Assembly: GCF_006345805.1 (NCBI RefSeq)
Contig: NC_043002.1
Span: 61,318,001 to 61,382,000 of the forward strand
Source: Octopus sinensis
Taxonomy: Eukaryota
Direction of reading: 5' to 3'
Length of the DNA stretch: 64,000 bases
The translations under genes were made by a program, and so were the position numbers. Shown piece after piece: positions 37,030 through 49,620 of the stretch. The notes under the pieces were generated by a model. It was not told the origin of the DNA, ran no database searches, and saw nothing but the letters and a program-made list of their open reading frames with translations. How positions within the stretch are numbered: the stretch's first letter is position 1; the number at the start of each line of letters is the position of its first letter.

Positions 37030-39780
37030 TATTTTTATTTTTATAGCGTGCTTTCACTTCACTACCGAGCGCAGCTCTGTGTGCCTTAGGTATGTGCTGT
37101 GATTTGTTGTGGTGATCTGATGGTTATTGTATGGAAATTGTTCTGCGTAGGATGTGTGCAGTGCCTAGTAGTGCAATTTTCTGTATGTTATATGTGTTTG
37201 TAAGTCCTGGTGTTTTTGTAATGTATTTGTCTGAATATTTTTTATCATGCCTAATGCACCTACTATGATAGGAATTGTTTCTGTTTTCAGATTCGACATT
37301 CTGGTTACCTCTATTTCCAGGTCTTTGTATTTTGAAAGTTTCTCCATTTCTTTTAGAGACACGTTGTCATCTGCCGGTATTGATACATCAATTAGAAAGC
37401 ATTTTTTTTCTTCATGATCTCCGATAACTATATCTGGTTTGTTGGCCTTAATTTCTCTATCTGTGTGTATCGGCATATCCCAGAGTATGGTTGCATTCTC
37501 GTTTTCTGTGACCTTTTCTGGTGTGTGCCTATACCATCTTTTTTCTGTTGTTATTCCATAATGTTGGCATAGCTTCCAGTGTATGTAGGTTCCAACTTTG
37601 TCATGTCTGTGAATATATTCCTTCTTAGCTAGGACTGGGCAGCCAGAGATAATATGATTTATTGTTTCTTGTCCATCTCCACATATTCTGCAGTTACTTG
37701 TTATATTTATTTTCATTACGTGTTTTTGGTAATTTCTGGTGGGGAGGCTTTGGTCTTGTGCTGCAATTAAAAATCCCTCTGTCTCTGCTTTGAGTCCTGA
37801 GCTTCTCAACCATTGCTGGGATTTTTCTTTGTCTAGTTCTTTTGCGTTTAGTTTAGTCCAGTATTTACCATGAAGGGGCTTTTCTTGCCATCGTTTTATC
37901 ATGGTTCGTTGCTGTTCTATTTTTAGTTTGGATTTCATTTGTTTTATAGCTTTTGTTGTTTCTTCTTCTTCTTCTTCTTCTTCTTCTTCTCTTCTTCTTC
38001 TTCTTCTTCTCTTCTTCTTCTTCTTCTTCTTCTTCTTCTTCTTCTTCTTCATATTTATTAGGTGGTATGATTTCTTGTTTGTATTTGTCAGCTTCCTTAA
38101 ATACTGAGAACAGTTTTTTTGTTTTGCTCGTGTTTTGCCGCTATTTGTATCAGTTTTCCTTCCTTCTGAAGTAGATATTTTTGCAGTCCTATGGTGGTTA
38201 TTTTATAGTAGTTTTCCAGCTGTAAAAGACATACCCACATTCTATACGTTGTATATATAGTCTTTCTATGTCAGATTTTGGGTGATGCATCCTAGACCCT
38301 GTCATTATTTTTCTTGTTTTCCTATCTATTTTGGTCAGTTCATTTAGTGTCCAGTTAAGGATATTGTAGCTGTAACTTATAACTGGGACAGCTAAAGTGT
38401 TAATACCCATTATCTTGTTTTTAGCATTGAGCTCTGTTTTTAGTATTGATCTAACTCGTCTATAATATTCTTTTTTTTTTCTCTTTCATTTGGTGTGTTG
38501 TGTCTTATCTAGTTCATGGATTCCTAAGTATTTGTAAGTTTGGCTTTGGTCTAATTCTTTTATTTCATTGGTTTTATCTAGTGTGATGTTACTACTCTTA
38601 AATAGTTTTCCTTTTTTCATGGTTACTTTGGCGCATTTTTCTAATCCAAATTTCATTTCTATTTCTTTGGTAAATCCATGAACTGTCTTTAATAGTGTTT
38701 CCAGCTGTTTGTCATTTGCAGCGTATAGTTTTAGGTCATCCATATATAAAAGGTGGCTGATCGTTTTGCCGTAACATTTATATCCGCATCCAGTTCTATT
38801 TAGCATATCAGATAGAGGTGACAGTGCCAAGCAGAAAAGGAGTGGAGAGAGAGTGTCTCCCTGGAATATTCCTCTTCTAATGGGGATGGCTTTGGTTTTC
38901 ATGAGTCCCTCTTTTGTTTGGAGCTGTAGCACTGTTTGCCATTTATTCATAGAGTGCCCTATGAATTTTATAAGGGTTGGTGCTACTTTGTTAATGGCTA
39001 GTGTTTCGAGGATCCATGTGTGGGGGATGCTATCAAACGCCTTTTTGTAGTCGATCCAGGCCATACAGAGGCCTTTCTTCTTTCTGTGACTGTCTTCAGT
39101 TATGGTTTTATTGATCATTAGTTGATCTTTACAGCCGTATGAGCCTTTGCGGCATCCTTTCTGCTCTTCTGGAAACAGTTTGTTTTCGTCTAGGTGCTTG
39201 TTCAACCTTTGCGATATCACTGCAGTAAATGCCTTGTACATCGTAGGGAGACAGGTTATTGGTCTGTAGTTTTCTGGTTTTGCTGTCTCATTTGATTTGG
39301 GAATTAAGATGGTTTTCTCCTTCGTGAGCCATTCAGGCATTGTCTCTGGCTCTGCTAGCATGTTGTTAAAGTTTTCAGCCAGCTTTTTGTGCATTCCTGT
39401 TAGATATTTCCACCAGAAGTTGGGGATCTTGTCATGCCCAGGTGCCTTCGAGTTGCTTAGTCTTTGCAGTGCCTGGGTGACCTCTTCAGTTGTTATGGGG
39501 GTCCAAAGTTGCTCAGATGCTGAGTTTGTTGTTTTGATACTTCTTTTTTTTTTTGGTTGTTCGTTCGCCGACCATATTTCTCTCCAGAATTCTTCCACTT
39601 CTTCTGCCGTTGGTGCTGCAGTGATTTCTATTTTATTTTTATTTTGTCAAGTTCTTGGTAGAACTTTTTGGGGTTGGATTTGAACTTTTTGTTTTGTTCA
39701 AAGAAGCGCTGGCGTTTCTCGTACCGGCGGATCCTTTGTGCTTTGGCAAAGATATCTTGCTTCAGCTTTTCTTTTATCTC
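37030..39780 (-). mobile_element. R4/Dong-clade non-LTR retrotransposon (RT + CCHC + restriction-like endonuclease), 5'-truncated, frameshifted, interrupted by (GAA)n
   Basis: RT ORF 38486-39598 (ENYRPITCLP, IDYKKAFDSIPH, GIFQGDTLSPLLF, YMDDLKL, YKYLG). ORF 37165-38052 has CRICG...HIISGC, RHDKV, KPDIV...IDVSIP and EKLSKY. The 3' end reads QKIALLGTAHILRR, then a UTR and (TAA)4. Confidence 0.92.
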
Positions 39781-39782
39781 AG

Positions 39783-39815
<33 letters not shown>

Positions 39816-39913
39816 GTTTTTATTATTATTATTATTTTTATTATTATAATAATTATTATTATTGTTATTATTATTATTATTGTTATTATTATTATTATTA
39901 TTGTTGTTTTTAC

Positions 39914-39944
<31 letters not shown>

Positions 39945-39975
39945 GTTTTTATTATTATTAATATTATTATTATTA

Positions 39976-40017
<42 letters not shown>

Positions 40018-40021
40018 GCTT

Positions 40022-40105
<84 letters not shown>

Positions 40106-40120
40106 TTATTATTATTATTA
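39783..40120. repeat. (TAA)n microsatellite
   Basis: Read directly. Confidence 0.95.
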
Positions 40121-40124
40121 TATG

Positions 40125-40660
40125 AAAACTGCCAGCATATCTTTCTGGGTATGATGGAAAGTTTTAGCTATCAACAGCCAGCAGACTAAGGTGATACTTG
40201 TTTACTCATGTAGCCTGCGACGAATTCTTGCTACTCCAAATTATGTGAATTTTTGTAGGTGTTTTACATTCACGTTGGCACCAATTTTCTTCAGCCATGT
40301 TGGTTGTTGAGTGCCGATAATTTCAAGTGTATAACTTCATTGAACACAACATTCGTATTTCCAACTTGAAATCGTCATAATTATTTACCTTTTCTTCTTC
40401 TTTCACATTGATCTTTTGTTAGCGGGGAATGCTCTTTCGATGATCATACATGTTCTTTATTTTTTATTCACAACAACAATGTCCAGTTTCCTACGCCTGG
40501 TCAGGTGATCGCACTGGATATTTACATCCAACGGGATTTTGCAATTCCCATTTCAGTGGCTCCTTCTCAAGGTTTTCTTACACCATGTCTTTTCTATTTG
40601 TTGGCCGTGATTTCCACAGAGGGTCCAATGGATCATTTTTGCCACTTTGTCATGGCTTCG
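40125..40660 (-). mobile_element. R4/Dong-like 3' fragment (RLE + 3' UTR) flanked by (TAA)n on both sides
   Basis: Minus-strand VAKMIHWTLC...WDVNIQCDHL...LDIVVVNK and terminal HLQKFT*FGVARIRRRLHE*. Confidence 0.7.
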
Positions 40661-40780
40661 TTTATATTATCATTATATCTATTATTGTTGTTATTGTTGT
40701 TATTATCATTAATATTCTTGTTGTTGCTCTTGTTATTATTAATGTTATTATTATTATTACTGTTATTGCTTTTGGTGTTA

Positions 40781-40842
<62 letters not shown>

Positions 40843-40894
40843 GTCAGTGTCATTATTATTATCATTATTATTATTATTATTATTATTGTTATTA

Positions 40895-40961
<67 letters not shown>

Positions 40962-40964
40962 TTA

Positions 40965-41365
40965 TTAAGGCGGTGGGCTAGCAGTATCGTTAGCATGCTG
41001 AACGAAATGATTAGCAGCGTTACGCCCGTGGCTACGTTTTTAGTCCAAATTCCGCCAAGGTCGACTTTGTCTTTCATCCTTTCAGGGTCGATTAAACAAG
41101 TTACGTACTGAGGTCGATGGAATCGAATATAACCCCTCCTTAATACTGTCATTATTATTATTACAGCGGTGAGCTCGCAGAGTCGTTATCACGACAGGCG
41201 AAATGCTTAGCGGTATTTCGTCTGCTACTTTTGCTCCCCGACTTCGACTATACTTTTCACCCTTTCCGAGTCGATAAATTAAAAACAACTTTAGTACTAG
41301 GGCCGATATAAACGACGAGTCCCTTCCCCTCAAATACGAGTCCTTGTGCTTCAAGTAGGAACGAT
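40965..41365 (+). mobile_element. Two adjacent copies of the 3446 SINE family
   Basis: aaggcggtgggctagcag... and cagcggtgagctcgcag... heads with tttcatcctttc...gtcgat cores. Confidence 0.7.
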
Positions 41366-41389
41366 TGTTATTATTATTAATTGGTGAAT

Positions 41390-41760
41390 GTGCAGCGCAT
41401 GCCATCTGCGTGACACTGGGTTACAATTATACGAAACCCAAATATACCCAACATGTTTATTCGTTTGATAAGGGTAAACCGAGCACAAGCATCAATAACA
41501 TATGTCCCCGACATGGTGATCTCATATCAAGAAAAACGACGCATGACCTTGCAAGCGGGGCCCAGTTAGAATTTTCTTCAGGTCGTTTGGCCCATCCCAA
41601 TTACAAGGACTCTAAATAAGTTTTGTTTTAAGGATGATTGAAAAAAGCCCTACGCCTACAGATGTGATAATTGAAAACCCAAATAACAGCTCTCAACACG
41701 TGGCTATAATGCTCCTATATATCTACTGCTCGGGGTCAGAGATGCTCATATTGTTACCTC
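41390..41760. repeat. Copy 3 (inverted, diverged) of the 13520 repeat family
   Basis: acatggtgatctcatatcaaga...gcatgaccttgcaagcggggcccagttagaattttcttc is the reverse complement of about 13880-13945. Confidence 0.7.
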
Positions 41761-41769
41761 TTCGATCTC

Positions 41770-43315
41770 CGCAGCTTTAATCGGCCCTTCGCAACATTCC
41801 GCCTCCCATGCCGAGTGTGGAGGTCCACCGGCGAGCAAGTACTTTAGGGCCTTTTACGACCCAGCGCGTCGCTCTCCCTGAACAACCGGGCGAAATGCTG
41901 GGGAACAGCCTTTTTGCATCTTCTCCTTTCCTTCAATCGTACTTGAAGGTAGATTGGGGAATTATTTCCTGTGTGTTTGTGGTGTTTATCCTTGTTTTAC
42001 TTTGTCTGGGGAGGGGGACACAGGGCTTGGGACTTCTTTCTTTTGTGTGATATGAGCGTCGTAAACTCCTTGTCCTCTTCCGCCACTAGAAATATATTTC
42101 CTGATTTTGTCTCTTGGGTATTTTGTTTCTCTTTGTCTTCTTTCCCTCAACTACTTCTGTTTCTTTTTCTCCCCTTTCTTATTGTTTGTCAGTTTTTTTT
42201 TCTTTTTCCTTTTGAGGAGGGGCTTCAGTCTTGTTTCCTTTCTTTTGCTTTTCGCATTCCAAGCGGACGTATCCCTTTTCTCCACACTTGAAGAACCGAG
42301 GCCTACATCCCTCAATCGCAAATCTGACGCTCAGTCCCTCCCTTATGAAAACCTTATCTGGCAGCGTTTCCAACACTTCATTCAAAGCTTGCCCCAACAT
42401 TTCGAGGGTCTCTCCCCCTCTCCAATTTGCTGCCTCCCTCTTCTTCATTTCTAGTATTACCATCTCTTCCTTTACATCACAGATCACATCTGCCACCATC
42501 CACGTTGCATCATATCCTGCTGGATTTACTTCTGCCGTTATCTTGGCGGTTCTTCGCCCTAGATAGGTGGGTAGTAATATTATTTCTGTTTTTCAGTGTT
42601 CTCGTTGCTATCTCCCTTGCAATATCTGCGCTTTCGAATTGCGACTCTACTGTGACGCTCCTTGCCCCACGCCCCTCGTCGATAATTTGACTCCAAATAG
42701 GCGCCAAACATCTTTGTACTATCTCATTTTCACCGACATTATTCTTTCTTCTTTTACGTTATATACTTTATATACCACTGTTCCCGCCATTAAACTTTGT
42801 ACTGTTTCTTGCGGGGTTAATGACTTTCTGTCGTTTCCCTTTTTACTTAGTTAGATTTCAGTATTTGAATAATTGTTCCTTAGTCACATTCATCTCTATT
42901 AAAATTTCGCCTACAGCAGCTGAAAAACTGGGGTTTTGCCGTTCTCCTTTTTGTAAAATTTCAACATTAGCTGCCTTTTTCATCTCAGGGAAATCTTTCT
43001 TAGTTAATAAATTGAATTCCATTTTGCACAAAATGGATTCGTTAACGCAAAAATTTTTCACGAAAACAAATTATTGTCGGCAATGACAAAAATTAATATT
43101 TTACCATGCAACGGGATCAAACGGTGTAATCAGAAAAAACCGTTCTATAGAATTAATTATCACCAAAGCAGAATTTTTTGTCCCGTAGGGCGAAAATTAC
43201 CGTTCACTAAACTATAGCAGTTTAAATCCAACGAGTATAAAAAGTGTAAAAAATGGTGCAATAACAATAAACTCACACAAGCAACAGCAATCAAACGAGA
43301 TGTAAGTAGGAGGGG
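41770..43315 (-). mobile_element. Tx1/L1-like element: 5' UTR and ORF1 (degenerate Zn knuckle), internally deleted
   Basis: ORFs 42858-43061, 42510-42707 and 42179-42499 are consecutive pieces ending RFFKCGEKGYVRLEC (CCHC-like); near 41780 EAECCEGPIKAAEIEE resembles the pre-RT region of Tx1 ORF2. Confidence 0.65.
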
Positions 43316-43599
43316 CAACCCTGAAGGAACTGACAAAGCTTTTAGCTTATATATAATTCAGCCAACACATTGACTGATTTACGATGGTAGATCGCCCGAT
43401 CGAGAAAAATATTGGAGTAAATGGGCCAAGCAGTGTTTACGTATGATCACAATTTACGTTAGTTCAAATGTTTGCCAAAACATTGCTCAGTTTCCCGAGA
43501 GGGCGACTGGTCGAACGGGTTTTTTTACACCTTTTAACAATAAGAGAGATTTTCCATGATAATTGCAGTGTATTTGCCTTTAGCAGTTGAAATATGTGC

Positions 43600-43650
<51 letters not shown>

Positions 43651-43984
43651 GAAATGCTAAGGTATATATTGGTAAAATAATTTTATAAAAAACATGTCAG
43701 TACCAGTTTCGGTCATTGAAAATTTTTCAACTATAACTATGGAAAACAATTAAATTTTGGAAAAATGAAATGAAAAGTATATTTTAAAAGAATATTTGTA
43801 TAGTATTCAAATACTTCTCATTTAGCCGGTAAAATTGTTTTAGCATATTCTGCCAAGAGAATTTTTCCAATATGTATAACAAATCTTTCAGTTTTCAAGC
43901 CTTTACACACACACACACACACCCACACACACACATACACAGACACACACAGACACACACAGACACACACCACACACATATATA

Positions 43985-44280
43985 TACATGGCCTGGTGGT
44001 TGGAGCAGCGGACTCACAGTCGAGAGCTCGCGGGTTCGAATCACGGACCGTACGATGTGTGTGTTTATGAGCGAAGCACCTAAGCTTCACGCACCTCCGG
44101 CAGAAGGTAAAGGCGAGGTTCTGACTTCTTCGGCACAACCTTTTCTCACTCTTTTCCCCTGAATCTTTCAGCGCACATGCGACGGAGCGGCGTCCCGTCC
44201 ATAAGGGCAACCTATATGCCAAGAAAACCGTGAAACAGGCCCTTATTAGCCAGGCATGGCTCGAGAAGGATCAAACAAAG
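43985..44280 (+). mobile_element. tRNA-derived SINE (related to 8421-8707)
   Basis: ggcctggtggttggagcagcggactc...gggttcgaatc B-box; gagcgaagcacctaagct and cacaaccttttctcactctt are shared with the 8421 family. Confidence 0.7.
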
Positions 44281-44317
44281 CATATACATATATATGTGTC
44301 TTGCACATATATATGTA

Positions 44318-45007
44318 TATATTAATTTATATATAGAGGGCATTTTTACACATACATGCCACACGCTAAGAGGGACATTAGTCATTTCTACCAAAAAATT
44401 TTACTAATCCTACCCAATACAATTTTTCAAAGCAAGACATTTAAAAAATGAATTTAGTCTTGTATCACTTGTGATCGTACTTACCGCAGTACCGACCGTA
44501 CTCATCAGCAAGCCTGATTCTGAACATATCATAAATAAACGACCTCGCACCGTCAAAGCCGAACAGCTATCTGCTCGACTCCAACGAAGCACATGGGGAA
44601 GTTTACATGTAATACATCCGGTAAATGGCAGGCTTCTTCGAATTGTATTTCGGGTAGGAAAAGTTTTTTCGGAATAAAATTATTTAACAATTAAGGATAA
44701 CTTCTTAATAAGGAATCTTAAGAAATTATCAGGTAGATAGCGTGAAAAACCTCATAAGAGAAAAATTTCGAAAATAATTCTTTCTTAATGAACATATTAA
44801 TTTATATATAGAGGGCATTATTACACATACATGCCACACGCTAAGAGGGACATTAGTCATTTCTACCCAAAAATTTTACTAATCCTACCCAATGCAATTT
44901 TTCAAAGCAAGACATTTAAAAAATGAATTTAGTCTTGTATCACCTGTGATTACGTACTTACCGCAGTAGCGACCGTACTCATCAGCAAGACTGATTCTGA
45001 ACATATC
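44318..45007 (-). mobile_element. Two about 213-bp direct repeats (44318-44530, 44794-45007; period about 476), each with a hammerhead motif; pLTR/retrozyme-like
   Basis: Near-identical repeats read directly; hammerhead folds on the minus strand at 44456-44515 and 44931-44992. Confidence 0.75.
44931..44992 (-). ncRNA. Type I hammerhead motif with one core substitution (GTAA for GAAA)
   Basis: AGTCTTG CTGATGA GTAC [17 nt] GTAC GTAA TCAC ag GTGA TA|CAAGACT: 7-bp stem I, 4-bp stem II, 5-bp stem III. Confidence 0.65.
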
Positions 45008-45013
45008 TGAACA

Positions 45014-45056
<43 letters not shown>

Positions 45057-45084
45057 GTGCAAGACACTGGGACTCATGGCCTTC

Positions 45085-45470
45085 ACTTAATTCCATTGAG
45101 GTTCCTGAAGAATTCCTGAAGGTTATATTGGATACATTATTCCAAATCTAGTGTGCTAAATGTAACATAAAACCGTTGAAATATTGCAACTACTGTGTTT
45201 GTAGTAACATAATATATTCACGATGATGGCAGAGATTGAAATGATGATCCAGAATCCAATGTTGATTTTTCTAATTAGTGTAATAAACGTAAGTACATTG
45301 CCTGTACATTTTCAGTTATATAGTAAATCAATATATACAGTCCAGTTTTCGTAAAGCAAATAATATGTTTTCAATAGATTGAAATGAGTCTTGTTAAAAG
45401 AAGCTTGCACTGTTCAGAGAATCTATATAACTGTATTTAACGATGTGGAAGCATAACCCGACTCACAAAT
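45085..45470. repeat. About 390-bp diverged block duplicated at 50385-50770
   Basis: Colinear shared words ttcacttaattcc, gatccagaa, tgttttcaata, ttgcactgt, aatctatataa and atgtggaag. Confidence 0.7.
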
Positions 45471-45829
45471 AAACATGAAAAAACAGTCAAACGTGCACAA
45501 ACGCACTCATGTACATACCACGTACACATATATACAGTATGTATATATTATGCATAATACACATATATACAAATAAATATATACATGCATATATATATGT
45601 ATATATATATATGTATGTGTGTGTTCATCTGGTTATAATGAAATGTAATAGACAAGCTTAAATCTATAACATGGGTAATAATTATTTTTATACAAATAAA
45701 ATATTTTACATCAATATAATTAATGAAAATATGTAAAACATCAACAGCAAAGTTACAAATAACGATGCAGAAACAAATTCTAATTATTAAGGACATACTT
45801 AAAATGACAATATTACAAGTGCAAATACT

Positions 45830-45863
45830 ATATATATATATATATATTATATATATATATATA

Positions 45864-45894
<31 letters not shown>

Positions 45895-45895
45895 C

Positions 45896-45932
<37 letters not shown>

Positions 45933-46850
45933 AAAGTTGGTTTGTGAAAGCACGTGGGGAATATATAAAATAGTAAAGAGTGAAAAAACGACAGAAGGCT
46001 TAAATGTTAAAAAATATATATATTTGCGTCAATATGTCTGAAGAATATTAGAAAATTTTTTAAACAAATTTTTTTTCCTTTATAATGACATAATTTTAAA
46101 GAAAGGGTTCGCATTTAGCTTTTCAAATTTCTTTGTGATACGTCACAAAAATTGTGATAACGTCACAAGAAATTTGAAAAGCTAAATGCGAAACCGGTCT
46201 TAAAAATTATGTCATTATAAAGGAAAAAAAATTGTTTTAAAAAATTTCTAATATTCTTCAGACATATTGACGTAAATATATATATTTCTAACATTTAAGC
46301 CTTCTGTCGTTTTTTCACTCTTACTATTTTTTATATATGTATATATATATATATATATAATATTATTATATAAAAGGGCTTAGTAAAATAAATTACTTTG
46401 CCGCATACTGAACTCGTTAGAAATAGCAGCTAAAAAACTTTTTATAAAACTATTTCTAACACTTAAGAAACCTCTCTCATATAGTGTTTGCTCAATTCAA
46501 CTCAAGGAAGTATGGGGTAGAGACATTAAAAAATCAAATGCAAAGGTTATTTGAGTACGTACTCAAATAACCTTTGCATTTGATTTTTTAATGTCTCTAC
46601 CCCCATACTTCCTTGAGTTGAATTGAGCAAACACTATATGAGAGAGGTTTTCTTTAAGTGTTAGAAATAGTTTTATAAAAAAGTTTTTTAGCTGCTATTT
46701 CTAACGAGTTCAGTATGCGGCAAAGTAATTTATTTTACTAAGCCCTTTTATATAATGTAATAATTTGAATTCGCCTTAAATGGTCCCTTTGCATACTGAA
46801 TACTTGGTGAAATTGATTAATTAATTAATTAATTTTACCCTCAATTGTTG

Positions 46851-46943
<93 letters not shown>

Positions 46944-47386
46944 CGTGTATATATATATATATATATAATATATATATATATAAGAAAGTTGGTTTGTGAA
47001 AGCACGTGGGGAATATATAAAATAGTAAAGAGTGAAAAAACGACAGAAGGCTTAAATGTTAAAAAATATATATTTGCGTCAATATGTCTGAAGAATATTA
47101 GAAAATTTTTTAACAAATTTTTTTTCCTTTATAATGACATAATTTTAAAGAAAGGGTTTCGCATTTAGCTTTTCAAATTTCTTTGTGATAACGTCACAAA
47201 AATTGTGATAACGTCACAAGAAATTTGAAAAGCTAAATGCGAAACCGGTCTTAAAAATTATGTCATTATAAAGGAAAAAAAATTGTTTTAAAAAATTTCT
47301 AATATTCTTCAGACATATTGACGTAAATATATATATTTCTAACATTTAAGCCTTCTGTCGTTTTTTCACTCTTTACTATTTTTTAT

Positions 47387-47423
<37 letters not shown>

Positions 47424-47905
47424 AAAGGGCTTAGTAAAATAAATTACTTTGCCGCATACTGAACTCGTTAGAATAGCAGCTAAAAAACTTTTTATAAAAC
47501 TATTTCTAACACTTAAAGAAAACCTCTCTCATATGTGTTTGCTCAATTCAACTCAAGGAAGTATGGGGTAGAGACATTAAAAAATCAAATGCAAAGGTTA
47601 TTTGAGTACGTACTCAAATAACCTTTGCATTTGATTTTTTAATGTCTCTACCCCATACTTCCTTGAGTTGAATTGAGCAAACAATATATGAGAGAGGTTT
47701 TCTTTAAGTGTTAGAAATAGTTTTATAAAAAAGTTTTTTAGCTGCTATTTCTAACGAGTTCAGTATGCGGCAAAGTAATTTATTTTACTAAGCCCTTTTA
47801 TATAATGTAATAATTTGAATTCGCCTAAATGGTCCCTTTGCATACTGAATACTTGGTGAAATTGATTAATTAATAATTAATTTTACCCTCAATTGTTGAA
47901 AATTA
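45830..47905. repeat. About 1.05-kb tandem duplication, each unit containing two fold-backs
   Basis: agaaagttggtttgtgaaagc occurs at 45931 and 46983. Each unit has a 170-bp-arm inverted repeat (45968-46330) and a spacer-less 390-bp palindrome (46365-46756; 47416-47806) centred on gagtacgtactc. Confidence 0.92.
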
Positions 47906-47912
47906 TATATAT

Positions 47913-47957
<45 letters not shown>

Positions 47958-48000
47958 TATATATATATGTATATATATATAAGCAAAATGTGTTTAATTG

Positions 48001-48924
48001 TTATAATTTCGTTTCAATACAATACATATTCCGTCTATTGGCCATTTTACGCTTCTTCAAACATATACGCTTCACATTTTCCCGAAACGTTTTACTAGCT
48101 ACGAAATACATGATGAAATTAACAGAGTTATTCGTCAGGGATAGCATCTCCAAAAAATAGAAAATGGTATCAACTTTGCACTCCCTAAATATTTTAACAG
48201 ATGTATAAATGGAAGAAGGAAACGTTGTTAACAGAAATACAATATTTATAGTAAGTATGATATACATTGAGTTCGCATTTCGTGTAGCACGGCTTCTATG
48301 AGAATTCAGACCGAGTTTCGGTCGACTGAATAATTTATAAATTAATATGATAGAGCTTAAAGCTAAACACGCTGCAGGTACCAAGGAATAAAAGGCCGTA
48401 GCGATTGCGAAAGAATATTCGCCGTTTGGTAATATGAAAATTATCATATAGTGTTCAGACATATCAATGACAAGAAGGGCAAACATCACAATGTATGGGG
48501 TAACATTTTCTGTAGAAGAGTGTCGTGAAAATGGACAATAAACCGCCAACAAACGTTCAACAGAAATACTGACGGTTATCCAAGAAGAATACGTAAATAT
48601 AATACTAGTGATGATATTCCACGCCCTATATTCATACCAGTGTGTCTTTGTTCTCACAGAATATAAATTATACGATAGCCAAATATTTCTTATACAAGTG
48701 GTCAAGATTAGAAAAGTATCGACAATAAGAAGGCAGAGAAGATATGGATTAATTTTAGATTTCTGTATGGATTTTCTGCAAAATATTGCTATCGTGGTTA
48801 CATTACCGATAGTTCCAAAAATTAACAAAACTATTGATATATAGCGCACAGAATCAAAAGAAGAAATGCTTATTATAATATTTTCAAGGGTACAGTTGTT
48901 AAATATGCCGCCTTCTGTATTCAT
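48001..48924 (-). CDS. Single-exon class A GPCR, paralogue 3 (307 aa from first ATG)
   Basis: GTIGN, LLIVD, SSWITVSISVERLLAVYCPF, SLVP, FLLTTFP, NNSVNFIMY and SKTFR. The track start at 48942 is TTG; the ATG is at 48924. Confidence 0.94.
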   Translation of the reverse strand: MNTEGGIFNNCTLENIIISISSFDSVRYISIVLLIFGTIGNVTTIAIFCRKSIQKSKINPYLLCLLIVDTFLILTTCIRNIWLSYNLYSVRTKTHWYEYRAWNIITSIIFTYSSWITVSISVERLLAVYCPFSRHSSTENVTPYIVMFALLVIDMSEHYMIIFILPNGEYSFAIATAFYSLVPAACLALSSIILIYKLFSRPKLGLNSHRSRATRNANSMYIILTINIVFLLTTFPSSIYTSVKIFRECKVDTIFYFLEMLSLTNNSVNFIMYFVASKTFRENVKRICLKKRKMANRRNMYCIETKL

Positions 48925-48974
48925 TATCACAAATTTTGGCAATTCTGATAATAGTAAACAATTAATTTTAAGCT

Positions 48975-49013
48975 ATCAATAATATTATTAATAATAATAG
49001 TGATAATAATAAC

Positions 49014-49069
<56 letters not shown>

Positions 49070-49089
49070 TACTACTACTACTACTACTT

Positions 49090-49128
<39 letters not shown>

Positions 49129-49288
49129 TACTACTACTACTAATAATAATAATAATAATGATAATAATAGTGATAATAACAATAATAACAATAATAATAA
49201 TAAAATGAAGAAGAAGAAGAAGAGAAGAAGAAGAAGAAGAGAAGAAGAAGAAGTGTAATGGTTGAAAATTCTAGCACATGGCCGGCTG

Positions 49289-49339
<51 letters not shown>

Positions 49340-49356
49340 TACTACTACTACTACTT

Positions 49357-49398
<42 letters not shown>

Positions 49399-49478
49399 AT
49401 AATAATAATAATAATAATGATAATAATAGTGATAATAACAATAATAACAATAATAATAATAAAATGAAGAAGAAGAAG

Positions 49479-49509
<31 letters not shown>

Positions 49510-49543
49510 GTAATGGTTGAAAATTCTAGCACATGGCCGGCTG

Positions 49544-49597
<54 letters not shown>

Positions 49598-49620
49598 ATA
49601 ATAATAATAATATAATAATA
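48975..49620. repeat. Compound (TAA)n/(CTA)n/(GAA)n microsatellite with internal duplication, starting about 55 bp upstream of the GPCR3 ATG
   Basis: The junction gtgtaatggttgaaaattctagcacatggccggctg occurs twice (about 49252 and 49509). Confidence 0.92.

Noticed and set aside
46170-46205. TTGAAAA-gctaaatgc-GAAACCGGTC, resembling the U3-A8 variant
   Set aside because: Stem II is only 2 bp and stem I does not pair.
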